Shown: piece by piece, positions 31,048 to 40,283 of the stretch
Position numbering within the stretch: the stretch's first letter is position 1
How the letters are laid out: each line of letters opens with the position of its first letter
Origin: an uncultured Lachnospiraceae bacterium
GTDB taxonomy: Bacteria; Bacillota; Clostridia; Lachnospirales; Lachnospiraceae
Reading direction: 5' to 3'
Assembly (NCBI GenBank): GCA_949879775.1
Contig: CATLBW010000001.1
Location: 1 to 60,186, forward strand
DNA: 60,186 nucleotides
Notes under the pieces: generated by a model
What the model was told of the DNA's origin: nothing
The model's database searches: none
Seen by the model: only the letters and a program-made list of their open reading frames with translations
Position numbers and translations under genes: made by a program

Positions 31048-31977
31048 ATGGCAAACATATATGATGGGGCATTTCGGACAATCTTAAATGACTGCCGAAA
31101 ACTGATTATTCCGATTATCAATGAGATTTTTAGTGAAACATATACAGGGGAAGAGGAAATTCAGTTTTTTCCCAATGAGCATTTTATAGACCAGCAGGAT
31201 GAAGCAGACAAAGAAAGAATTACTGATACGAATTTCAGGATTTTGGGAAAAGTACAGAAGAAATACCACATTGAATGTGAAAGCAGCATGCCGGACGGCA
31301 AGATTGCAATACGGCTTTTTGAGTATGATGCACAGATAGCTCTTGACGAGGGCGAGGTTACAGAGGAAACACTGACCGTGACATTTCCCCATACGGCCGT
31401 TTTGTATCTCCGGTCTTATCAAAAAACGCCAGACAGAATGAAGTATGTGATAATTACGCCGGGCGGAACAGTGCAGTATGATGTGCCGGTTATGAAAGTA
31501 CAGGCGTATTCATTGAATGATATTTTTGAGAAAGGCCTGCTGATGCTGATCCCGTTTTATATCTTTTCACATGAGAAAAGTTTTTCTGAGTATAATAGTA
31601 ATGAGAAAAAGTTGGCAGAATTGGAAGCGGAATATCAAATTATCCTTAAAAGGCTTGATGAGTTGGAACGGCAGGGAGCCATTGGGGCATTTGATAAGCG
31701 GACAATTATTGATTTATCGGGTGATGTTATAAAGGAAATCGCACAGAAATATGAAAACGTGCAGAAAGTTGTAGGTGGTATGATGAGAGGTGCAATGATT
31801 GAAACGAGTGCAAGGAGGATTTTAAATCAGGGCATAAGCCAGGGCATAAATGAAACAAAAAAGGAAACAGCCCTTAGGATGCTGCAGGATGGAGAATTAT
31901 CAATTGATAAAATTGCAAAATATTCAAATCTTGAAGTCGCAGAAGTGGAGCAGCTTGCAGGGTTGCAAACCGTGTAA
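31048..31977 (+). CDS. Rpn-like / PD-(D/E)XK nuclease family protein
   Basis: YDGAFR...RITD...YHIECES...IRLFEYD; C-terminal QGISQGI...TALRML..IAKYSNL tail typical of the family. Confidence 0.7.
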   Translation: MANIYDGAFRTILNDCRKLIIPIINEIFSETYTGEEEIQFFPNEHFIDQQDEADKERITDTNFRILGKVQKKYHIECESSMPDGKIAIRLFEYDAQIALDEGEVTEETLTVTFPHTAVLYLRSYQKTPDRMKYVIITPGGTVQYDVPVMKVQAYSLNDIFEKGLLMLIPFYIFSHEKSFSEYNSNEKKLAELEAEYQIILKRLDELERQGAIGAFDKRTIIDLSGDVIKEIAQKYENVQKVVGGMMRGAMIETSARRILNQGISQGINETKKETALRMLQDGELSIDKIAKYSNLEVAEVEQLAGLQTV

Positions 31978-31988
31978 TAATTGCTTTA

Positions 31989-32072
31989 GAACAGAAATTG
32001 GAAGAACTGAAAGCAGAATAACAGATTATACGAAATAGACTTGATAAATTGGAACAGCAGAGGGAATTGTGA
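31989..32072 (+). pseudogene. Degenerate fragment paralogous to the Rpn-like gene
   Basis: EQKLEELKAE*QIIRNRLDKLEQQ aligns with EKKLAELEAEYQIILKRLDELERQ (31603-31674). Confidence 0.7.
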
Positions 32073-32168
32073 AACAAATGCTCCACAATTCCCCCTGTTC
32101 ATTTCTTTATGGCTGCTCTCCTTCAAATAGAATGCCCAAATTCACTTATGAAACTTACTGCAACGCCC

Positions 32169-33200
32169 TTACAAGTGCCTCAAAACATTAGAGGTTGATT
32201 TTTCCACTCCTACAACCACAAGCCTGTTGTCTGTGTCATGCCCGTCGCAGGTGGAAAGCATTACAAAAGATTCACCATACACAAACTGATAACCGGTATC
32301 ATAAAGACGGTTTTGGCTGATAAAATCCATATATTTTTGAAATTCCTGATCATCATAATTGTAAAAATTAAAGTAGCAGAAATCCCCGGTATCTGATACG
32401 TCTGTTACCAACACCGCCGCAATTTGGTACGTGGATTTCTCATAGAGGGTGTTGAACCCAAAGCCGGGATGCCCTTCAAAAAAAGCCTTGTCCTTATATT
32501 TTTTTAACTCTCCAAACATACTCCCATCGCTCATGTTATGCCCATACAACACGATATTCTTGTCTTTTGGATATATGTTTGTGGCGCCATCAAGGAAAAT
32601 AGCGCCACACCTGTCCTCTTTTTCAAAAAAGTTATGGGAAAGATAAAATTCCGGGTTTTCCCTATTCTGTAAAACAGGATAATCTATGTCTGTGCCCTCC
32701 ACTTTTATCCATCCTACAAAATCCTCGTTCAAATCGTAAAACCTTTGGTACTCTTCCATAACCTTGGGGTTTCCCGAACCTCCATCGTCTGTTGGGGACA
32801 GATTCGTTTCCTGTCTCTCTTGAGGCAGGGTATCCGGCAAACTGCCTGTGCCCTCCCTGGCTTCCATTTCTGCCAAAACTTCCTGTAATACCTTATTTTC
32901 ATGGTCCTTTACCCTGCTGGCTGCTCCAGCCCCCAGCAGTAAAGCAGCCGTAAGGAACGCCAGGGTTCCAACTTGCCGTACGAAAAACGCGGCATACCGC
33001 CGATACCTGGCAAAGGAAGTCTTTGTTTTTAGCCCCTCAAAAAAGGATCTTCCTATCCAGGTATAAAACCTGTGCTTCCCCTGTTTTTTCAATTTGCGGT
33101 ATACCGCGTCCACTTCTTTTTGGTCAGACAGATTATAACTCTGGCTAATCGTATAGATTTTTTGTATATCCTGGAGCATTTTTTCATTTATCGTTTTCAT
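32169..33200 (-). CDS. srtB: Class B sortase
   Basis: TM anchor; DFVGWI, IDYPVLQ, YGHNM, LSTC, NRLVVVG; ATGA overlap with the upstream gene. Confidence 0.9.
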   Translation of the reverse strand: MKTINEKMLQDIQKIYTISQSYNLSDQKEVDAVYRKLKKQGKHRFYTWIGRSFFEGLKTKTSFARYRRYAAFFVRQVGTLAFLTAALLLGAGAASRVKDHENKVLQEVLAEMEAREGTGSLPDTLPQERQETNLSPTDDGGSGNPKVMEEYQRFYDLNEDFVGWIKVEGTDIDYPVLQNRENPEFYLSHNFFEKEDRCGAIFLDGATNIYPKDKNIVLYGHNMSDGSMFGELKKYKDKAFFEGHPGFGFNTLYEKSTYQIAAVLVTDVSDTGDFCYFNFYNYDDQEFQKYMDFISQNRLYDTGYQFVYGESFVMLSTCDGHDTDNRLVVVGVEKSTSNVLRHL

Positions 33201-33874
33201 CGGGATAATTTTCTTTTTATAATGACGCAAGAGCATCCCACTGCAAGGCAAATCCCTCCCAGGAAGAGCACCTTAAAATCCAAAATATCTATCCCTGTCT
33301 TATAAGCCTTGCTGGTTTGAGCCTTATCCCCTGTATGGCTGCCCTGGTTCCCGCTGTCCCCATTTCCATTCCCGTTACCGGGGACAGCGCCGCTGCCTCC
33401 CTGTTTTTGGTAGGAAACGTTTGTGGACTCCGAAACATCCTGCATATCCTTATCCGTAACATCCCTCAATTGTAATTCCACCGGGACATCTGAGTAATCC
33501 CCTTTTACGGAAAAAGCCAAGGTCACCACTGTCCCGCTGCCCTGATACCCAACGTCAGATATCATGGAAATATTCAGCGCTTTCCCTCCATCATTTTCCA
33601 CATCTGATACAAGGGTCATGGCATTTGCACTTTTTATGCCCTCTGACCAGGACTCCCCCTCAAAGGTAAGTTTGTCGCTGTCATAATTAAGGCGCAGCCC
33701 TAACGTGGTGACTGGTTTGCTCCCGGATATATCGATTTCAACATTTATTTTATCCCCTGCCTTAGCAGCCTCTTCTGTCCGATATGTAATATTGATATCT
33801 GCTCCCCATACTATTTGGGGGAACAGGAAAATCAGGCATAGTGCCGCTAATGATAATTTTATCGTTTTTTTCAT
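33197..33874 (-). CDS. Single-cohesin cell-wall anchoring protein
   Basis: Signal peptide; GDKINVEIDI...LGLRLNYDSDKLTF...VVTLAFSVK cohesin pattern; Gly/Asn linker; AYKTG, hydrophobic stretch and KRKLSR tail. Confidence 0.75.
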   Translation of the reverse strand: MKKTIKLSLAALCLIFLFPQIVWGADINITYRTEEAAKAGDKINVEIDISGSKPVTTLGLRLNYDSDKLTFEGESWSEGIKSANAMTLVSDVENDGGKALNISMISDVGYQGSGTVVTLAFSVKGDYSDVPVELQLRDVTDKDMQDVSESTNVSYQKQGGSGAVPGNGNGNGDSGNQGSHTGDKAQTSKAYKTGIDILDFKVLFLGGICLAVGCSCVIIKRKLSR

Positions 33875-33905
33875 CTTGCTCTCCTAATTGTCCTTTTATG
33901 CCTTG

Positions 33906-35171
33906 TCAAAATTCGGTGATTTCCCCGTTAAAGTACTTCATTATCATTAACGCGTCCACAAGATTTACCGTTCCATTTTTGTCCACATCCGCCGCTGTCT
34001 CCTGGGCTTTCGTAAACTCCCGCACCTGGTTGTAATTCTGCAAAATGTAAACTGCATCTACAAGGTCAATCTTTTTATCCGCATTGACGTCGCCTAATGT
34101 TGGCTGCTCCTCGCCGCCTGCGTCTGTTATGCTTACGGCACAGGTCGTCCCACTCCCGCTCATGCTTGTCTCCGCTTTATTCCCTACCTGGCTAACCCCT
34201 ACTTCAACATTGGAGCTTGTGCCTGCTGCCACCCCATCCTTTACTTTCAATTTTAATTTCAGGAAATCCCCCACATCCGTGATATCCTCCAAGGCAATGA
34301 ACGACGCTTTTATCCTGCCGGAACCCGGCGCTTCATAGATAGAATCCAGGCTGATTTTGGATTGCAGGCTCTCGGCAATTTCCAACGATTCATAGGTGAA
34401 CAGGGACGTATCGTAATCCAAGTCCAGACCTAAGAGGTTGAAGCCATCGTTTCTTTCGATATTTATGGGAACAATGATTTCTTCACTGCCCTGGGCTGGG
34501 GTGGTGGAGAGGGTAAGCTTAGACGCTGCGTCAGAAGTATCTGTCAAGTTTAAAGTAAGGACATCATAGTTATACCCTCCCTCAACTTTTACTTCATACC
34601 TATGCTCATCTGGAGTAACACTCGTCAGAGCAATAGCCCAAAAATAAATTTTAGTAGACGTTACGTCTTTTTTTACCCGATATGTCACTGTCGCCACGCA
34701 ACCACCCTTATCAAGCCCATTTATCTGTTGTGTCTTCGTTTCATATGAAGCCTCTAGCCACACATGTCCAGGAATTTGAAGAGAAGCATCACTGTAGTCC
34801 GATACGCCATATTTTAAGTGTTCATCGGGGAAGTCTATTCCCACAAATTCCAATACATTTTCATCATAAGTTGCATCCATTGTCCAGCCAAAGAGATTTG
34901 CTTGCAGACTGTCTTTTTCCTTATCATAAAAAATCTGAACCTCTACCGTATCTCCTTCCCTCAAAGAATGAGAATCCGTCCGGACTTGTATCACCCCATC
35001 TTCCGTACTTGTTCCGCAGTCATAAAAACCAGTAACTCCATTTCCAGTTCCCAAAATCTCTGCCAGTTCCGGTGAAAGTGACTTCTCTGCCCTCACCTCC
35101 CCCGGAACCCCCAGACAGATACACACAGCCAGCACAACCGTAGACATTCTCTTTAACAACCGTTTCATCAT
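33906..35171 (-). CDS. Secreted cohesin-cohesin-dockerin protein (mini-scaffoldin)
   Basis: Signal peptide; two cohesin-like domains (GDTVEVQI..ATYDENVLEFV; IIVPINI..LDLDYDTSLFTY); dockerin GDVNADKKIDLVDA...ADVDKNGTVNLVDA. Confidence 0.8.
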   Translation of the reverse strand: MMKRLLKRMSTVVLAVCICLGVPGEVRAEKSLSPELAEILGTGNGVTGFYDCGTSTEDGVIQVRTDSHSLREGDTVEVQIFYDKEKDSLQANLFGWTMDATYDENVLEFVGIDFPDEHLKYGVSDYSDASLQIPGHVWLEASYETKTQQINGLDKGGCVATVTYRVKKDVTSTKIYFWAIALTSVTPDEHRYEVKVEGGYNYDVLTLNLTDTSDAASKLTLSTTPAQGSEEIIVPINIERNDGFNLLGLDLDYDTSLFTYESLEIAESLQSKISLDSIYEAPGSGRIKASFIALEDITDVGDFLKLKLKVKDGVAAGTSSNVEVGVSQVGNKAETSMSGSGTTCAVSITDAGGEEQPTLGDVNADKKIDLVDAVYILQNYNQVREFTKAQETAADVDKNGTVNLVDALMIMKYFNGEITEF

Positions 35172-35527
35172 TTGCTCTCCTTCCTCTCTCTGTCACATGC
35201 TTTTTTCAATATTGCAAATAGGTCCTTTATATCAAAAAGCGTACTTTTTGATAAATGCCCTTTTTTTATTATTTACAGTATTTTTTCACCAACTTTGAAG
35301 GAAAAATCACAGAAAAGTTTTATATTTTGCAGCCAAAACCTATAAAAACAAAAATAATTATTGCATTACCATCCCATTTATAGTAAAATATCCCATAAGA
35401 AAAGAAGTATCAAAAAGTACACCTTTTGATACTTCTTTTCACGTTTCCCGACCCATGCGGTACTCCCGCAAACGTCGGTAAAACGTGGCATGGCTCATAT
35501 TGCATTCCTGGATTGCATCACCACACT

Positions 35528-35852
35528 TTATCTGCCCAGCAGGTGACGCTGAGCGGCTCCTGCCGTTACCTTACTTTCCCTGATACTTTCCCTTTCATTC
35601 ACCGCCACAAAAGACAGTATCTGCAGCACCAAATCTGCAATCAAATACCCCGTAGCAAGCTGACGGGGTATCAATCTTGCTGCGGGGTGTTTGACCCTCG
35701 CGGCATTCGTCAAATATCCATGCAAGCATGTCTATTTTCCTCATTGCTCGCGGGAATAAACGTCCCCATAAGGTCTTTTCCATTGCAAGCATCTGCCTGC
35801 CCTCATTCTGCTCCACGCTTGACACGCGCACATATCCATATATGTTTCCCAT
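35528..35852 (-). pseudogene. Serine recombinase/resolvase pseudogene
   Basis: MGNIYGYVRVSSVEQNEGRQ in one frame and YLIADLVLQILSFVAVNERESIRE in another; internal deletion and frameshifts. Confidence 0.85.
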
Positions 35853-36013
35853 TTTCATCCTCCATAAATATAACAAGCTCGCATACTATTTATATCTGAT
35901 AGATTTTATGGTATGGTTTTTAACAAACTTTATGGAACGCTGTAAGCGCCTGTTTATGGGCTGTGTGTCAGAAAAATGATAAGGATAATTTCGTCGGATT
36001 CTAGAAAATGCAG

Positions 36014-36042
36014 TTGATTTTCAGATTCAGAAATGTTATATT
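36014..36042 (+). promoter_or_regulatory. Promoter of putative antitoxin sRNA
   Basis: TTGATT-17-TATATT with extended -10 TG. Confidence 0.65.
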
Positions 36043-36047
36043 ATAGA

Positions 36048-36138
36048 AAAGGAGCAACCGCCCACAAGCGTGGTTGACCTCCAGTAGCTTAAAAGCCTAC
36101 CTTCACCGGGCAAGTGACAAGGTAGGCTTGTTTATTTG
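36048..36138 (+). ncRNA. Putative type I antitoxin RNA
   Basis: Promoter upstream; hairpin GGAGCAACC..GGTTGACCTCC; terminator AAGCCTACCTT/AAGGTAGGCTT followed by T-rich run; convergent with the toxin 3' end. Confidence 0.6.
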
Positions 36139-36230
36139 CGCTTATTAGTCCTATCTAAATAGGTAAGCAACGCAATAAGAAAATTACCGCCCAAAAATAA
36201 CAGGGTTAAAATTTGGTATGTATTCATCAT
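36132..36230 (-). CDS. Small hydrophobic type I (holin-like) toxin, 32 aa
   Basis: MMNTYQILTLLFLGGNFLIALLTYLDRTNKRK; RBS AAGGGGGGTGA; single TM helix and basic tail; below the ORF-track cutoff. Confidence 0.8.
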   Translation of the reverse strand: MMNTYQILTLLFLGGNFLIALLTYLDRTNKRK

Positions 36231-36260
36231 ATGCGTCACCCCCCTTCTTTTAAGGGAGGC

Positions 36261-37187
36261 TCACCACCTTGTAACACGTTCGCTCGCAAAACACACCTCC
36301 ACCGCAAAATACCCCTCCCGCAAAAAAGCCTTGATGCTTCCTCCCATCTGCTCGGTAAATTCCTTGGCAATGGCAAGGCCAAGCCCGGTCGTCCTGCGGT
36401 TCCTGGACTGGTCTGTCGTGTAATACCGCTCAAAAATATGCTGCAAATCTTTCTCCTCAATGCGCTCTGTCTCATTGGCAATGGTGATGATCGCGTACCC
36501 GCCCCGGGACGCCAGCGAAAAACGATATTTCCCTTCCCCATGCACCAGGGCATTCTTAATGAGATTTTCCAATATTCTGGAAATCGCATACTTGTCCGCC
36601 TGGATGAACATAGCTTCCCCGGGCATCTCAACCTGCGGCTCTAAGCCTTTTGAGGCAAAATCCTCATAAAACATGGAAATAACCTCTGCAAAAATATTTC
36701 CCACATTCAACCGCTGTGGATCTAACTGGAACTCTCCCGCCTCAAGCCTGGCATATTCAAAGAGCTGGTTTAAAATATCTGAAAGCTCCTCTAACCTGCG
36801 TTCCACAATCTGTAAATATTCCATTCTTTTCTCTTGTGGGATATCTGCATTCTTCTGCATCTGCACATAGCCTTTTACGGAGGTCAGCGGCGTGCGGATA
36901 TCATGGGAAATGCTGGTGATGCTCTCCCGGTAACTTTGATTGGCTCTCTCCAGCCCCCGCTGCCTGCGCCTAAAATTTTCAATCACTTCATTCAGGACAT
37001 TGATAAGCTCCTGCGTTTTCCCTACAGGATAAGCAGAGGTCAGCATAAAATTGCTTCCCTCTGCTTCCATAAATAACAACTGCTCTTTGATATGCTTGAT
37101 TTGTTTGCGGTAACTTACAAGGCGAAACAGCAGCACCACCGCTGCCGCCGCCAAAAAAATACTTACACCTGCAAGAATGATTCCCAT
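36261..37187 (-). CDS. Sensor histidine kinase (single TM, intramembrane-sensing type)
   Basis: ISHDIRTPLT, ENLIKNA, IFERYY, TGLGLAIA. Confidence 0.93.
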   Translation of the reverse strand: MGIILAGVSIFLAAAAVVLLFRLVSYRKQIKHIKEQLLFMEAEGSNFMLTSAYPVGKTQELINVLNEVIENFRRRQRGLERANQSYRESITSISHDIRTPLTSVKGYVQMQKNADIPQEKRMEYLQIVERRLEELSDILNQLFEYARLEAGEFQLDPQRLNVGNIFAEVISMFYEDFASKGLEPQVEMPGEAMFIQADKYAISRILENLIKNALVHGEGKYRFSLASRGGYAIITIANETERIEEKDLQHIFERYYTTDQSRNRRTTGLGLAIAKEFTEQMGGSIKAFLREGYFAVEVCFASERVTRW

Positions 37188-37249
37188 AATACCCCATCCC
37201 TTATGAATCCTCTATATAGCCACAAACAGCCCCTTATGCTTTCCACCCA

Positions 37250-38089
37250 TTATTTTACATCTGCTTTTGTAAAATGCAAGGCGCCAAGCGCTGCCGCTGC
37301 CACGAACCACACTGCCGATACCAACACGCCCCGCAAGGTAAATTCCGATGGGAAATCTGTCGTCGGGCAGGATGACATCAGGTCCAGGACCCAATATTTT
37401 GAGGGCTGGAATCCCATCCCATGGAAGACAAGGTCAAGCCCTGCCGTAAGCGTCGTGGAAAACAGCAGCACGCCGATGCTCACAGAAATCCCTGCCGCCA
37501 AATTGCGGGTAAGCTCCCCCACCAGCATATAGATTACGGCAACCACAACCCCAAACAGGAACTGGAACCCTGTATAAGCGGCGACGTCCCCCCAGTCCGT
37601 AGCCAAAAAGCCTTCCCAACCCATAAATGGGAGTCCCATACATATCGTCACGATCGCCACCACCGCCTCAAATACCAGCATCAGCACCACGACCGGAACC
37701 ATCTTTGCAAAGAAAATGGCAGTCCTCGTATACCCCTTGCCCACCAGGTTCTTGATTGCGCCTGTGGCAAATTCCCGTATCACAAAAATACTTACCAGCA
37801 CTGCTGCAATGATTCCTACAAAATGGCCTCCAAACATCTGCTGCAATACGCCGACAATCCCAATCTCCTCCATCATAGAGCCAGGCGCGCCGCCATCATC
37901 CACACCCTCGCCGACTTGCGATACGGTGACCCCGGCTGTACCGTTGCCAATCTCCCCCTGGTTGATTTTGTCAACCAGCAGCAGGGAGCCATAGAGCAAT
38001 AACGCAAGGATTGACGCCGTCAATATCCCTATATAAATAGCCTTGCTTTTCCTTAATTTATAAAATTCTGCATTCAGTAAATTAATCAT
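37250..38089 (-). CDS. ABC-2 type transporter permease
   Basis: MINLLNAEFYKLRK, REFATGAIKN..GYTR..IFFAK; multi-TM. Confidence 0.85.
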   Translation of the reverse strand: MINLLNAEFYKLRKSKAIYIGILTASILALLLYGSLLLVDKINQGEIGNGTAGVTVSQVGEGVDDGGAPGSMMEEIGIVGVLQQMFGGHFVGIIAAVLVSIFVIREFATGAIKNLVGKGYTRTAIFFAKMVPVVVLMLVFEAVVAIVTICMGLPFMGWEGFLATDWGDVAAYTGFQFLFGVVVAVIYMLVGELTRNLAAGISVSIGVLLFSTTLTAGLDLVFHGMGFQPSKYWVLDLMSSCPTTDFPSEFTLRGVLVSAVWFVAAAALGALHFTKADVK

Positions 38090-38993
38090 TCGGCGCACCT
38101 CCCAACAAATCCATAAAAGAACCTTCCAGATCTTGCCCCGCAAGATAACTTTCCTTCAGTTGTATGCCGCCCTCGACCAATTCCCGATTAATCACCCAGG
38201 GATGGTCCAGCCCGTCAAATACCCGGATAACGCCTTCTTTGGGTACATCGTATTGCAGAATATGGCATTTTTCCTCCAAGATTGTGACGGCGCGCTGCGC
38301 GTCATCCACAACTAATTTGACGCATCTTTTACATCTGCTTTTCAATTCTTCCGCTGCAAATTCCTCAATCAAGGCGCCTTCCTTAATAATTCCATACTTT
38401 GTAGCTATTTTGGACAATTCACCCAAAATATGGCTTGAAATCAATATGGTAATCTGCTTTTCTTTGTTGAGCTTAGATAAAAGGTCGCGCACTTCCTTAA
38501 TTCCCTCCGGGTCCAAGCCATTGATAGGCTCATCCAGTATCAGGAAATCCGGGCTGCGGAACAAAGCGATGCCAATCCCCAAACGCTGCTTCATGCCCAA
38601 GGAGAAATTCTTAACCTTCTTCTCCCCCGCCTGCGAAAGCCCCACGAATTCCAGCATCTCATCCACTGCCTGCTTCCTGGCAATGCCCAGGCTCCTGCGC
38701 ACGACCTCCAGGTTATCCCTTGCCGTCATCGTCCCATAAAGCCCCGGCTGTTCAATTAAGGTCCCCAAACGCTGCCTCTGCCTTTCTAAGTCGCCCGATC
38801 CAAACAGCTCCATGCTTCCCGCCGCAGGGACCGCAAGCCCCGCCACGATACGCATAAAGGTCGTTTTCCCCGCTCCGTTCTTGCCGATAAAGCCGTAAAT
38901 ATCTCCCTTTTTCACATGCATGCTTACATGGTCCACCACGGTATGTTTCCCATATATCTTAGTGATCCCGTCCGTCCTCAACGCATAATCCAT
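38082..38993 (-). CDS. ABC transporter ATP-binding protein (BcrA/LanF-like)
   Basis: GKNGAGKTT, FSLGMKQRLG, LDEPINGLD, SSH. Confidence 0.93.
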   Translation of the reverse strand: MDYALRTDGITKIYGKHTVVDHVSMHVKKGDIYGFIGKNGAGKTTFMRIVAGLAVPAAGSMELFGSGDLERQRQRLGTLIEQPGLYGTMTARDNLEVVRRSLGIARKQAVDEMLEFVGLSQAGEKKVKNFSLGMKQRLGIGIALFRSPDFLILDEPINGLDPEGIKEVRDLLSKLNKEKQITILISSHILGELSKIATKYGIIKEGALIEEFAAEELKSRCKRCVKLVVDDAQRAVTILEEKCHILQYDVPKEGVIRVFDGLDHPWVINRELVEGGIQLKESYLAGQDLEGSFMDLLGGAPND

Positions 38994-39147
38994 ACTGTTC
39001 CTCCTCTCCTGTGGGCTGTCAAACCATTTTTCCATAGATTGCTGCTTTCCCATAACAAGATTTATCCTATAGGACTAAAGGACAGTATAACAGGGGATCT
39101 TTTAGAAACTTTAGGCAAAATATAAAGAAACCATAAAGATTTGGCAG

Positions 39148-39849
39148 CTATCCCATTTTAAAGCCAATGCCCCATACAGTCTGGATATATGTTTCATCCG
39201 GACATGCCTTGGCAAGCTTCTGGCGGATATTGCTGATATGCACATTCACTGCATTTTCCTCCCCCAAAAATTCCTCATTCCACACAGACTCATAGATATT
39301 GCTTTTCGTAAAGACTTTCCCGGGGTGGCGCATGAGAAGCTCTAAAATCATGTATTCCCGCTTCGTCAGGGAAACTTCCTGCCCTGCTGCCTGCACCTTT
39401 AGGCTTTCCGGGTAAACCTTCAAACCCTTATATGCCAAAACCTCCTGCGCGCCAGCAGGGTTTATGTGCTCCCCGCCCCCTGCGCTGCGCCGCAGCACCG
39501 CTTCCAACCTTGCCAAAAGCTCCTCTGTGTCAAAAGGCTTTACCACATAATCATCCGCCCCGGCCCGAAGCATGGACACCCTGGCCTGCACGTCGTCCCG
39601 CGCTGAGGACACAATGACGCTGACATAGGGATGCGCCTCCTTTATGCTGCGCAAAACATCCTCACCTTTCATGCCCGGCAGCATCAAATCCAGGATTACA
39701 GCCCCCGGCACGCGCTTCTCCAAACAAAGCAAAGCTTCCGTCCCCGAGAACGCCTGCATTGTCTCATATCCTTGTCCTGCGAGAAGCTCCTTTAACATCT
39801 GGTTGATATCACTGTCATCCTCCACAATTAAAACCAATGTAGCCATCAT
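39148..39849 (-). CDS. OmpR family response regulator
   Basis: VEDD, LDLMLP, GADDYVVKPF, VHISNIRQK, TVWGIGF. Confidence 0.93.
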   Translation of the reverse strand: MMATLVLIVEDDSDINQMLKELLAGQGYETMQAFSGTEALLCLEKRVPGAVILDLMLPGMKGEDVLRSIKEAHPYVSVIVSSARDDVQARVSMLRAGADDYVVKPFDTEELLARLEAVLRRSAGGGEHINPAGAQEVLAYKGLKVYPESLKVQAAGQEVSLTKREYMILELLMRHPGKVFTKSNIYESVWNEEFLGEENAVNVHISNIRQKLAKACPDETYIQTVWGIGFKMG

Positions 39850-39876
39850 CTGCTTCCTTTCTTTTTCCGATTATGT

Positions 39877-40095
39877 TTTCACGCTTTAACGTGACAAGAC
39901 CTTTCCTAGAACAAAGCGGACAAGTCCGCATCAGCTCCCTAAATCCCTCATTCATGAGGGACTTGGACGATTTGCTGCGCCGAGCACAATTGCGAAGCAA
40001 TATTTTCCTCTTGTGCGAGTGCGCATAATTATTTTTATCTTATAGGTAAAGGTGCTTTCACGCTTTAACGTGACAAGGCCTTTCCTATAAGATAA
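39877..40095. repeat. REP/MITE-like palindromic element
   Basis: TTTCACGCTTTAACGTGACAAG(A/G)CCTTTCCTA repeated at 39877 and 40056; long hairpin 40035-40095; internal TCCCTCATTCATGAGGGA. Confidence 0.65.
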
Positions 40096-40283
40096 GAAGA
40101 TAAAATAGCCAAAAGCAGTAATCCCGCCTCTGGCTATCCTTATCTTTTGTCATATCCGGTAAAACCTCTCCCTAAATATTCAGTAATTGAAACTGCCGAA
40201 GATACAGCCCCTCCAGGCGATGCGCCACGCACGAACATGCAAAGCAGCCGTGCCTGGCGCAGTTGGCGATAATTAATCACCAG

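Noticed and set aside
37421-38739. Long antisense ORFs (193 and 191 aa) and similar shadows elsewhere, such as 3049-3612
   Set aside because: They lie opposite well-supported genes and lack motifs; expected shadow ORFs
39877-40090. CRISPR array from the 35-bp palindromic direct repeats
   Set aside because: Only two copies, a 144-bp spacer and no cas genes
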